Shown piece after piece: positions 1 to 9,218 of a stretch of 49,746 nt of DNA (position 1 is the stretch's first letter; each line of letters starts with the position of its first letter). This DNA is from an uncultured delta proteobacterium (GTDB taxonomy: Bacteria; Desulfobacterota; Binatia; DP-6): assembly GCA_963815115.1 (NCBI GenBank), contig CAWFFN010000004.1, positions 1-49,746 of the forward strand. The letters run 5' to 3'. Below the pieces are notes generated by a model that saw only the letters and a list, made by a program, of their open reading frames with translations, was not told the origin of the DNA and ran no database searches. The translations under genes were made by a program, and so were the position numbers.

Positions 1-847
1 CCGGGCGCTTCGATCTCGTCGACGGGCTGGCGTATCCGCTGCCCGTGATCGTGATCGCCGAGCTGCTCGGCATCCCGGTGGACGTCGCCCGATCTTCCGG
101 CGGTGGGCCGAGCTTCTCTTCTCGCAGAACCAGCAGACCTCGGAGATCAGGCTCGACGACGCAGCCCTGCGTGCGCTCTTCGACGCCGTCGCGCCGACCA
201 TGTACGAGATGAACACCTACCTGCTCGAGCACATCGGGCAGCGCCGTGCGCATCCCGACGACGATCTGATCAGCGAGCTCGTGGCGGCCGAGGTGGACGG
301 GGAGCGCCTCGACGACGAGGAGATCGTCGGGTTCGTGGGTCTGCTCCTGATCGCCGGGCACGTCACCACCACGGCGCTCCTCGGCAATGCCGTCATCACG
401 CTCGACGAGCATCCCGACGCGGCCGCGGAGCTGCGCGCCGATCCGAGCCGGCTCCCCGCAGCCATCGAGGAGGTGCTGCGCTACCGATCACCCTTCCCTC
501 GCCTGGCCCGGCGGGCCGCCCGGGACGTCGAGCTCGACGGACGGACGATCGCCGCGCACGAGGTCGTCATCCTGTGGGTCGCCTCGGCGAATCGCGACCC
601 CGCGAGGATCTCCGATCCGGACCGGTTCGACATCCATCGATCGCCGAACCCGCACCTGGCCTTCGGCCACGGCATCCATTTCTGCCTGGGAGCGCCGCTC
701 GCTCGGCTGGAAGCGAGGATCGCGCTCGGCATCCTGTTCGAGCGGTATCGGAGCATCGCGCTGGCACGCGACGCGCCGGCGGAGTTTCACAACCCGTGGA
801 CGATGGTCAGCGCGAAACGGCTCCCCGTGGACGTGCGGGCCACGTGA
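1..847 (+). CDS. Cytochrome P450, 5'-partial copy (full copy at 45035-46255)
   Basis: AGHVTT I-helix, EEVLR (ExxR) and [11 protein letters not shown] heme motif. 1-nt deletion near 84 relative to the right-arm copy. Confidence 0.93.
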   Translation, partial: RALRSRRRAGVSAARDRDRRAARHPGGRRPIFRRWAELLFSQNQQTSEIRLDDAALRALFDAVAPTMYEMNTYLLEHIGQRRAHPDDDLISELVAAEVDGERLDDEEIVGFVGLLLIAGHVTTTALLGNAVITLDEHPDAAAELRADPSRLPAAIEEVLRYRSPFPRLARRAARDVELDGRTIAAHEVVILWVASANRDPARISDPDRFDIHRSPNPHLAFGHGIHFCLGAPLARLEARIALGILFERYRSIALARDAPAEFHNPWTMVSAKRLPVDVRAT

Positions 848-2205
848 TGGCGCGCGAGGTCACTCAGGCGTGCGAGCTGGCGGCGATCTGCGGCGCCGGC
901 CGCCGCTCGAGCTGACGCCCCATGGGCTGGCCGGCTCGTCCGACGATCCGGCGGCTCCTGCCCCGGACGCAGCTCCGGAGGCACGTGCTCGAGGTTCACG
1001 CGAACGCGCGTCCACGTCGTGAAGCGGCCGCGCATGGCGTCGACGAGCACGTCGCGCGGGACGAGGTGTGACGCCGCCTCGGGATGGCGCGCCTTCCACC
1101 GCTCCAGCCCGGCGAGCGCGTCCTCCTTCTTCCGCGCGCGTCCGATCTCGATGAGCGGCTTCGTGCTCCGCCGGCGACCCGACGCCGCCGAGCCGTCGCC
1201 TGGCCTCGCACGTGACGGCTGGACCCGCCGCGGCTCACCCTCCTGCTTGCGATAGTGCGGCGGCCAGGGCGCGTCACCCAGACCGCTCGCCTCCTGCGCG
1301 CGGGAGAGCTCCAGCAACGGGTCGAGCGAGCACGGATGCGCATCGATGTCGGCGTGCCGATCACCCAGCCGGGCGAAGCGCGACGGCATCGTGCGCAGCG
1401 TGAAGTCCTCGGGACGGCACGACGCGAGCTCCTCCCAGGTGAGCGGCGCCGAGACGCGCGCGTCGGGCTTCGGGCGGATCGAGTACGCGCTCGCGACCGT
1501 GCGATCCTTGGCGTTCTGGTTGTAGTCGACGAAGACGCCGTGGCGCTCCTCCTTCCACCACTTGCTGGTCGCCAGACGGGGGGCACGGCGCTCGACCTCG
1601 CGTGCGAGGGCGAGCGCCGTGCGGCGGACCTCGTCGAACGTCCAGCGACGCTCGAGGCGGACGTTCACGTGCACGCCGCGCGAGCCCGAGGTCTTCGGCC
1701 ACCCGACGAGGTGGAGATCGCCCAGGACCTCGCGCACCACCGCGGCCACCTCGACGATCTGGGGCCATTCGACCCCGGGCACCGGGTCGAGGTCGACGCG
1801 CAGCTCGTCCGGGTGCTCGAGGTCGTCGGTGCGCACGGGATGAGGATGCAGCTCGAGACACGCGAGGTTCGCCATCCAGGCGAGCGTCGCCCCGTCGCGC
1901 GGCACCACCTCGTCGGCGGTGCGACCCGACGGGAAGGCGATGGTGCAGACCTCGACCCAGGGCGGCCGGCTCGTCGGCGCCCGCTTCTGGTAGAAGAACT
2001 CCCCGTCGATGCCGTTCGCGTAGCGCACCAGTACGTTCGGCCGGCCGCCAGCGCCGCGCAACGCCCCGTCGGCGACCGCCAGGTAGTACTGCACGACGTC
2101 GAGCTTCGTGACGCCGGGCCCGGGAAAGAGCACCTTCGACGGGTTCGAGATCGCGACGTCGTGACCGGCGATCGAGAGGATGACGTGTTCGCGCGACGTC
2201 GGCAC
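787..2205 (-). CDS. Stand-alone LigD-type NHEJ polymerase/primase-domain protein with C-terminal extension; true stop probably at 860
   Basis: SNPSKVLFP..TKLD, FFYQKRAP, DELRVDLDP, KTSGSRGVHV, KWWKEER, FVDYNQN and RTVASAYSIR are AEP/LigD-Pol motifs. The right-arm copy has an extra base near 946 that gives the frame ending PDPSDEPASPW...PE* at 860. Confidence 0.92.
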   Translation of the reverse strand: MPTSREHVILSIAGHDVAISNPSKVLFPGPGVTKLDVVQYYLAVADGALRGAGGRPNVLVRYANGIDGEFFYQKRAPTSRPPWVEVCTIAFPSGRTADEVVPRDGATLAWMANLACLELHPHPVRTDDLEHPDELRVDLDPVPGVEWPQIVEVAAVVREVLGDLHLVGWPKTSGSRGVHVNVRLERRWTFDEVRRTALALAREVERRAPRLATSKWWKEERHGVFVDYNQNAKDRTVASAYSIRPKPDARVSAPLTWEELASCRPEDFTLRTMPSRFARLGDRHADIDAHPCSLDPLLELSRAQEASGLGDAPWPPHYRKQEGEPRRVQPSRARPGDGSAASGRRRSTKPLIEIGRARKKEDALAGLERWKARHPEAASHLVPRDVLVDAMRGRFTTWTRVRVNLEHVPPELRPGQEPPDRRTSRPAHGASARAAAGAADRRQLARLSDLARHHVARTSTGSRFALTIVHGL

Positions 2206-2466
2206 CGGTCCGGATCATATCGCATGGCCGCCAAGGGCGGCCCACCTCCGATGCGGTCGTGTCGCGGTCGCACGCCACACCGCGCGGCGACACCCACGCA
2301 TTTTTCCACCTTTGTGTACTTGTCAGTCCCGGGCGGCGCGGGTACTTGATCAGGGGCTTGCCAACAAGGGCATCGCAAACGCTTCTCCGGTAATCCCTCC
2401 CAATGAGTATCCGTCGCTGGATCGCGCCGGGGCCTCGCTCAGCCCTATTCCGACCCGGCAAGAACC

Positions 2467-2615
2467 GCGACCGGATGCAGGGGTCGCATGCGCGGCGCCA
2501 CGTAGCGGGCAACGGGCACGGGGGAGCAGCCGCCGGGCACGGCAGACGACTTGTCTCGTCGCTGCTTCCCCGTGCCCCTCCGCTTCGACCGAAGCGGTCG
2601 CCGGCCTGCCGGCGG
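2467..2615 (+). other. Cluster of strong hairpins, including a 17-bp stem enclosing two inner hairpins (candidate structured RNA)
   Basis: 2514-2530 pairs with 2561-2577 (one G-U). Inner stems gccg/cggc and gacga/tcgtc. Following hairpins ccgcttc/gaagcgg and cgccgg/ccggcg. Confidence 0.4.
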
Positions 2616-2749
2616 AGACCCGGTTGAGTGGCGGCAGGCATGGGATGGGATCCGCTCGGACCCAGACGCCGCGCCGCCGGCAACGAGGATGCTTGACACG
2701 CGCCGCGGCTCCGTGATCGCCACGACGCAACGAGGATCACGGTCCGCGG

Positions 2750-4030
2750 ATGCGCAGATTCGCCGAGCCCACCAGGAAGATCGGTAGTTCGGAGGACGAG
2801 CACCCCCCGGCCCCTTCACCGGCCCTGCGCAAGCTGGTGCACCGCGCGTACCATGGCCGGGAGCGCGTGATACGCGACATCGTCGCGCGCTGCCGGCAGA
2901 TTCCCTGCTATCGCGTCCTCTCCGGCCCGGCACTCGAGGCGCTGGACCGGACCGTCGATCATCTCGCCGCGGGCTTCTACCGGCGGAGCATCATCGAAGG
3001 ACGGGTGCCGACGCCGCAGGAGATGGAGCTGCCGATCCGCACCGCCCGGCGGCGGGCGGCGGACGGTGTGCCTCTGGACGAGGTCGTGAAGGCCTACCAG
3101 GTCGGGCTCCGGCTGCTCTGGGCGCACCTGATCGCCACGGCGGCCGCGGATCCGGCCGTGCGCCTGGAGCTCCTCGAGCGCGTTCCGGTGACCCTCACCG
3201 CCCACAGCGCGGTCGTCACGGCGGTCATCGAGGCGTATGTCGAGGAGCGGGGACGCCTCCACGGAGCGCACACGCAGGCCTTCGAAGGGTTCCTACGCCT
3301 GCTCGTCGCCCCGGAGACACCGCTCGCAGTCATCGAGCGTCGGGCGACGGCACTCCGCCTGCGGCTCGACCTGTGCCGGAGCGTCGTCCTGTTCCGTCCG
3401 CTCGCGTCCGAGGACGACCACGCCGCCGAGGCCAACGTCGAGGGGCTGGGCGGCGTGCTGGCGTCCGCCATGCACCGCGATGGCACCCTGATCGGTCTGG
3501 GTCGCTTCGAGAAGGACGTCCTGGCACTGCTCGCACTCGAGCCCGACTCGCAGGCGCTCGCGGACCTGCTCGCCAGGATGCCCGCGCACGACTGGCACAT
3601 CGGCATCGGGGCCGCCGGCGAGGGACCGTCGAGCCTGCGCCGTGCCGTCTTCGAGGCGCAGCGCGCCGTCGCCGTCGGCAGGCTCGTCCGTCCATCGGAG
3701 CGGGTCCATCGCTACGCCGACCTCGCGCTCCTCGACGTCGTCAACGTCGGCTCGTCGACCGCCGAGGAATACGCCACCCGGATCCTGGGAGCACTCGCGC
3801 GCCCCGGTACGGGCGCCACGTACCGCAGGACGCTGGACGCGTTCCTACGTCACGGCATGCGGCGGAAGGTCGCGGCCGCGGCGCTCGGCATCCATCCGCA
3901 CACGCTGTCCTATCGGCTGAACCGGCTCCGCGAGCACTTCGGCATCGACCTCGACGACTACGACGTCCGCCTGCGCGTGGAGCTCGCGCTCCTCATCCTC
4001 GGCGCCACCGATGTAACCCCGACGTCCTGA
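2750..4030 (+). CDS. PucR/CdaR-family transcriptional regulator (start uncertain)
   Basis: C-terminal TLDAFLRHG...AAAALGIHPHTLSYRLNRLRE..GIDLDD HTH. N-terminal RRRAADGVPLDEVVKAYQVG (RsbRD_N-like). Central IGIG..GPSSLRRA..EAQRA segment. Confidence 0.92.
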   Translation: MRRFAEPTRKIGSSEDEHPPAPSPALRKLVHRAYHGRERVIRDIVARCRQIPCYRVLSGPALEALDRTVDHLAAGFYRRSIIEGRVPTPQEMELPIRTARRRAADGVPLDEVVKAYQVGLRLLWAHLIATAAADPAVRLELLERVPVTLTAHSAVVTAVIEAYVEERGRLHGAHTQAFEGFLRLLVAPETPLAVIERRATALRLRLDLCRSVVLFRPLASEDDHAAEANVEGLGGVLASAMHRDGTLIGLGRFEKDVLALLALEPDSQALADLLARMPAHDWHIGIGAAGEGPSSLRRAVFEAQRAVAVGRLVRPSERVHRYADLALLDVVNVGSSTAEEYATRILGALARPGTGATYRRTLDAFLRHGMRRKVAAAALGIHPHTLSYRLNRLREHFGIDLDDYDVRLRVELALLILGATDVTPTS

Positions 4031-4058
4031 GCCGCCCGCCAGACGATGACGGGAACGT

Positions 4059-4092
4059 CGGCGCCGAGACGGGCGCTCCCGTCCCGGCGCCG
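4059..4092. terminator. 15-bp hairpin between convergent genes (likely terminator)
   Basis: cggcgccgagacggg-cgct-cccgtcccggcgccg; the single mismatch is G-U on the minus strand. No U-tract. Confidence 0.55.
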
Positions 4093-4101
4093 CCCGCCCT
4101 C

Positions 4102-5760
4102 TCAGGGCACGGCGGAGTGCACGGCCTGCTGCTTCACGTCGTGTGCGTCGGGACCGAGCCAGAAGCCGTCCCGTACCAGACGCTTGCTCGCGTCGGCGAC
4201 ATGGGAGACGTAGTCGCCGTGGTTCCGATAGAGCGACTGCAGCGTGTCCTCGCCGAACGGGACGCTGTAGCCGTACAGGATGCAGAAGCCCGAGAACGTC
4301 GTGACGTGCGCCACGGTGTCGGTCGGGACGTACGTCGCGGTCGGCACGTCGAGGAACGGCGTGCGCACGCCGCCCAGCGCATTGCCGAACGCGTCGCGCG
4401 CGACCGTCGGCGGGGTCGTGCTCGTGACCGTGATCGGGTCGGCGTGAGGCGGCGGGGTCTGTTTCCGACCGATCCAGTCGGTCAGGTCGGCAAAGGCGGC
4501 ATTCTCCACGTTGCTGAACGGGAACGGGTTCGGGTCGATCACGCCCGGGACCCCGACCGTCGGTCCAGGGACGAATTGCTGGTGCGTGCACCCGGTCGGC
4601 GGGAGGTCCGCGGCAGTGATCCCGAGCAGCTCGGCGAGGTTCAGACTGAGCGTCAGCACATCGCCCTGGTGTGCAGGCGGCTGGTCCTTAGAGACGTGAC
4701 TCGAGCCCGGGACCTCCCACAGGCGGTAGCGGTCGTCCGCCGCGTCGCTGTCGGGGCGGCGATAGGCCAGGCCGTTGGGAACCAGGACGCCGATGGCGAT
4801 CTCGGTCTCCGTGTTGATGTGAATGACCGGGACGTCACGCGGCTGCATCTGTATCCGCGGATCGCCGGCGGGCAGCGCGCCCGCCGGCGTCAGGCCGAAG
4901 TTCACGTTGCTCGGCCCGCGCGTGCCGCCGGGGACGTAGCCGTCGTAGATCGGCCCGCCGCCGGGCATGCGCTCGAGCGAATGGAAGGTCTCGGCTTGCG
5001 TGAAGGTGAACGCGCCGTCCTGGGAGAAGCCGGCCTCGAAGACGCGCTCGACGTCGAGGTCGTGCGTCGGGCTTCCCGGTCCGTTGTCCTTGAACAGCGC
5101 CCCGATCTGCGCCGCGATGTCGAAGGTGATGCCGTCGTAGACCGCATTGTTCCCGTTCGGCGTGAACGGCATGTAGGGCCAGTCGAGCGGAGCGTAGCGC
5201 GTCGCGTTGAAGGTCTTGAGCGTGTTGACCGTCACCGACTTGGACGTCCATCCGACGAAGACGTCGCCGTTACGCACGAAGTAGTTGCTGGAACGGTCCC
5301 AGATGCCCGCGATGTCGAAGTTGGCGCTCGGGTTCAGCGGCTCGATGACCACCGTGCCGCTGAACTTGTTCCGCTTGACGGGACGGATCACGAGCATCCG
5401 GGTCGTGTAGGGAATTGTGCACCCGAGCGTGGCGACCGCCGGGCAGGGCGAGACGAGCTGGATGCCCGTCGGCGTGTACTCGTAGATGGTCCCCGTCCCC
5501 GAGAAGAAGTACTCCTGCTCGACGTAGCCGTCCGGAACGGGCGGCTCGACCGAGAAGCCGAGCGCGATGAACGGGAAGTCGGTGGGAGTCGATGCGATCG
5601 GTCCGGTCACCGTCGGGATCGACACGGTGAACGGTGTCACGTCGCCGGCCGCGCCGGATCGAGGCGTGCCGACCAGCCCGACGCACAGTGCCATCACAAC
5701 CAGGGGGAGCCAGCGACTCCGGTGAGTTCTCCATGTTCCGCCGCCACGGATCACGTTCAT
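4102..5760 (-). CDS. Secreted alpha/beta-hydrolase-domain protein
   Basis: GGAGG before ATG 5760; signal-peptide-like WLPLVVMALCVGLV; motifs GYVEQEYFFSG, YTTRMLVIRP..FSGTVVIE, GFSQDG, RLWEVPGSSH, RDAFGNALGGVRTP.LDVP. Confidence 0.85.
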   Translation of the reverse strand: MNVIRGGGTWRTHRSRWLPLVVMALCVGLVGTPRSGAAGDVTPFTVSIPTVTGPIASTPTDFPFIALGFSVEPPVPDGYVEQEYFFSGTGTIYEYTPTGIQLVSPCPAVATLGCTIPYTTRMLVIRPVKRNKFSGTVVIEPLNPSANFDIAGIWDRSSNYFVRNGDVFVGWTSKSVTVNTLKTFNATRYAPLDWPYMPFTPNGNNAVYDGITFDIAAQIGALFKDNGPGSPTHDLDVERVFEAGFSQDGAFTFTQAETFHSLERMPGGGPIYDGYVPGGTRGPSNVNFGLTPAGALPAGDPRIQMQPRDVPVIHINTETEIAIGVLVPNGLAYRRPDSDAADDRYRLWEVPGSSHVSKDQPPAHQGDVLTLSLNLAELLGITAADLPPTGCTHQQFVPGPTVGVPGVIDPNPFPFSNVENAAFADLTDWIGRKQTPPPHADPITVTSTTPPTVARDAFGNALGGVRTPFLDVPTATYVPTDTVAHVTTFSGFCILYGYSVPFGEDTLQSLYRNHGDYVSHVADASKRLVRDGFWLGPDAHDVKQQAVHSAVP

Positions 5761-5879
5761 AGCGCCTCCGTCGTTCGATCGTGGGCGGCGCGAGCCCACT
5801 CGTGACGATCAGCCGGGAGCGATGCGTCCCCCCGATGTCACAGGCACGGCATCGGCCGCGTTCGTAGTTCGATGGCTGA

Positions 5880-5957
5880 CGACTAGCATCGGCGTCCGGG
5901 GCGTCAATGTGCTTCCTCGACCAGAAGTCGCGACCGTTCTTGTCCCGGGAGGACAAG
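5880..5957 (-). promoter_or_regulatory. Candidate promoter (TTGACG-16 nt-TAGTCG) with upstream palindrome CTTGTCC-N5-GGACAAG
   Basis: Perfect 7-bp inverted repeat at 5939-5957; -35-like hexamer at 5907-5902; upstream of the hydrolase gene. Mirrored at 39962-39980. Confidence 0.5.
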
Positions 5958-6296
5958 CCCCTCCGGCCGTGACGAGCTCCCCGAAGCGGCCACGAGCAGT
6001 CGCGGGCGATCCACGAGGCCCGCCGGCTCCAACCGACGCTCACCCACGAAGTGCTTCCAGATCGATGTCGTCGGACGGAGAGACGTCCGCTTTCAGTAGG
6101 CGCGCCATCTGATCGAGTGCATGGGCGTTGTCAGGCTCTCGTTCGGACGCGACGCAGTCGGAGCTGCGGTATCGGCCATCGAGCCTAGGCCGCGTCGTCG
6201 GCGGCGACTCCCTCTTCGAGAAGTCAAGCACAGGCAGAAGATCGAGCAAGATTGATTCAGCGTTCCGAGGTGACGCGGCAACGCGAGCGATGCGGG

Positions 6297-6637
6297 CTAG
6301 GTTCGGGAGACGTCCGAGGTCCAGGAAAGCAATTGGTCGGCGGTCATGCAGTTCACGATCCGTTGGTCCGGAATGCCAGCCCGCCGGGCCGCAGCGATGC
6401 CGAAATCGAGAAAGGCGAGTTGGCCGCACGCATGGGCGTCGGACCCGATCGAGATTCTCACGCCGACCTCGCAGGCGAGATTGAGCAGCTCTGCGTCGAG
6501 GTCCTGCCGGTCGGGGTAGCCGTCTATCTCGACCGCCCTGTCGTGGTCGCGGGCGCATTCGAGGACCCGTCGCCAGTCAGCCTGCAGGCCAGGGCGAAAG
6601 TTGAAGATGCGGCCTCGCGGATGGGCAAGGATGTGAG
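6297..6637 (-). pseudogene. C-terminal PHP-domain fragment of a PolX/PHP-type protein, cut by IS1380
   Basis: HILAHPRGR, AVEIDGYPDRQDL, ISIGSDAH, AARRAGI...IVN motifs; homology begins immediately at the IS end (6638). Confidence 0.8.
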
Positions 6638-7100
6638 CCCGCATTTCCCAGATGACCGCGCCGGCTGATGACGCTGCTGCCCGAATCGACTATGAACGGC
6701 AAGGGTTTGGCGGTCACGAAGGGGGCGGCGGATGGATGAGGCGACGGGTGAAAGCGAGAGGGAGGGTCTCCGGCTCGATTCGACCGTCGCCTGAAGCTCG
6801 AATTCCACGGCGTCACCGTCACCTCGGATGCCGGGCTGCTCGCGTGCCGGGAACTCGACGACGCGCTCGGCTTGACCGCGCTGGCTGCAGATGTCCTCAC
6901 CGATCCGCGCACCGGGAAGAACGGGCGCCACACGCTGCTCGCCCAGTTCCGCCAAGCCGTCTTCGGCCGGCTCGCCGGCTATGAGAACGTGAACGACGCC
7001 GACCGGCTCGGGCGCGATCCCGCGATGCGGTGGGTGGTCGGTGGCCGCACGGTGACGGACCACGCCGCATCCACGAGCCAGATCGGTCGCTTCGAGTTTC
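6638..7100 (+). mobile_element. IS1380-family remnant (left end plus frameshifted, truncated transposase)
   Basis: End cccgcatttcccagatg; MDEATGESEREGLRLD/DRRLKLEFHGVTVTSDAGLLACRELDDALGL...[25 protein letters not shown]...SQIGRFE, then homology stops. Frameshift near 6778 is present in both arms. Confidence 0.85.
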
Positions 7101-7140
7101 GAGGCCGCACTCGTGCTATGCGATGGGCCGGTCCAGATCA

Positions 7141-9036
7141 GTGTCACCCGTCGAAGAGCTGCGTGACCCGCGGGAGCCGATCAATCTCCTCCTGAGAGAT
7201 CTGCGGGCGCGCCCAGAGGGGCTCTCCAGTCGCGAAGCGGAGCGTCGCCTCGTCGCATATGGGCCGAACGAGCTGCGCCGACGCGGCGGCAGACGCTGGC
7301 CGCGCGAGCTCGCCGCACAGTTTGTCCATCCTCTCGCGCTGCTGCTCTGGCTCGCCGGGGCGCTCGCCTTCGTCAGCGGGACGCCCGGGCTCGGTGGAGC
7401 GATCGTCGCCGTGATCGTGCTCAATGCCCTGTTCGCGTTCGCACAGGAGTTGCAGGCAGAACGGGCGGTCGAGGCGCTGGCCCGCTACCTGCCCCAGCAG
7501 GCCTCCGTCCGCCGCGACGGGCAGCGCCGCGTGATCGACGCGCGCGCGCTCGTTCCCGGCGACGTGCTGCTGTTGGCCGAAGGGGACCGCGTCTCGGCGG
7601 ATGCGCGTCTGCTCGCCGGGGCGGTCGAGGTCGACCTGTCGACTCTGACAGGCGAGTCGCAGCCTGTGCTGCGCTCGCCCGAGTTCGCCGACATCGCAGG
7701 CCCGCTGTCCGAGGCGCGTGAGCTGATCTTCAGCGGCACCTGCTGCATCGGTGGCGAGGCGGAAGCGCTCGTCTTCGCCACTGGCATGCAGACCGAGCTC
7801 GGCCGCATCGCCGCGCTCTCCGAGCGGATCCGCGTCGAGGCAAGTCCGCTCGAGCAGCAGGTCCGGCGGGTCGCCTGGCTGATTGCGCTCGTCTCGGTCG
7901 CCGCCGGGCTTGCCTTCCTCCCGATCGGCTGGCTGGCGGCGGGGCTGCCGCTCCAGGACGCGTTCACCTTCGCGATCGGCCTGATCGTCGCCAACGTGCC
8001 CGAGGGCCTCTTGCCGACGCTGACGCTGGCGCTCGCCGTCGGGGTGGCCAGCCTCGCCCGCCGCGGCGCACTGGTCAAACGGCTCTCCGCCGTGGAGACA
8101 CTCGGCTCGACAGACGTCATCTGCACCGACAAGACCGGCACGCTGACCGAGAACCGGATGCGGGCGGCGCGGATCTGGACGCCGCTCGGCGAACTCGACC
8201 TCGAGGGAACGATCGACATCGAGCGGGCGGTGGCCGCCGACCCGGTGCTCGGGTTCCTCGGTCGCGCGATCGCGGCCTGCTCGGCGGCCGAGCTCGCACC
8301 GGAGCGAACCGGGAAGTCGCGCGGCGAGGCAACCGAGGTCGGGATGCTCGAGGCGGCGCGGGCGCTCGGGATCGACATCGAAGTTGCCCGCCGCGAGCAC
8401 GACCGGCGCACGCTCTACCGCTTCGACCCGAAGCTGCGCCTGATGTCCACCGTTGACCAGCGGCAGGACGGGAGTCTGACCGTCCACGCGAAGGGGGCAC
8501 CTGAGGAGGTGCTCGAGCGCTCGACGATGATCGGCGGGGCCGTGAATCACGTGCCGCTCGCTGCCGCCGACCGCGACAAGGTGCTGGCCGTGCTCGAGCG
8601 GTACGCCGCGCAGGGGCTGCGCGTACTCGCGGTCGCCCGGCGGCGACTGCCCGACGGCGCCGAGCCGCCCACGCGACGCGAAGACGTCGAACGCGACCTT
8701 GTCCTGCTTGGGCTGGTCGCTCTCTTCGACCCGCCACGCCCGGAGGTAGCCGAGGCGGTCGCCCGCTGCCATGCAGCCGGCATCCGCATCCTCGTCGTTA
8801 CCGGCGACTACGGCCCCACGGCGGCCGAGATCGCCCGCCGCGTCGGCATCGCCACCGACGGCGCCACCGTCGTCACCGGCGAGCAACTCGACGCACTGAG
8901 CGAGCGGGAGCTCGACCGGCTCCTGCGAGAGGGGCGGGAGCTGATCTTCGCGCGCTCGTCGCCGGAGGCGAAGCTGCGCATCGCCGACGCCCTGCGCGCG
9001 GAGGGGCACGTGGTCGCGATGACCGGCGACGGCGTC
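7141..9036 (+). pseudogene. Cation-transporting P-type ATPase, 3'-truncated copy
   Basis: [23 protein letters not shown]; breaks at TGDGV, losing NDAPAL and the C-terminal membrane helices present in the 36028-38778 copy. Confidence 0.92.
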
Positions 9037-9218
9037 GGCCTCGTCACGGAACGAAGGGGGCTGTGGTGCTCCTTTCCGAGCTGGAGAGCAGCTCGCTCAC
9101 GGGTGCCGACGAGGTGTTGGAGCGGGACGATGTCGCGGTGCCGGGGGCGAGTTGAGGCAACCCAACCCTCTGCGGTCCTACTTCCTGGCGCGTCTTTCGG
9201 GGGTGTATGAACCCGCTC

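Larger units (their letters stand above)
1..9036. repeat. Left arm of ~9-kb inverted repeat (partner 36883-45882)
   Basis: Base 1 (ccgggcgcttcgatctcgtc) is the reverse complement of sequence ending at 45882. Identity ends at ...gaccggcgacggcgtc 9036, which pairs with 36883. The ORF track shows mirrored proteins on opposite strands. Confidence 0.97.

Noticed and set aside
787-860. Real convergent overlap between LigD-Pol and the P450
   Set aside because: The right-arm copy has an extra base near the 946 equivalent, which moves the stop to 860 and removes the overlap.
7030-7140. Functional transposase-ATPase fusion or extended ATPase N-terminus
   Set aside because: The extension is out-of-frame read-through of IS1380 remnant DNA; ATPase-like sequence begins around 7141.
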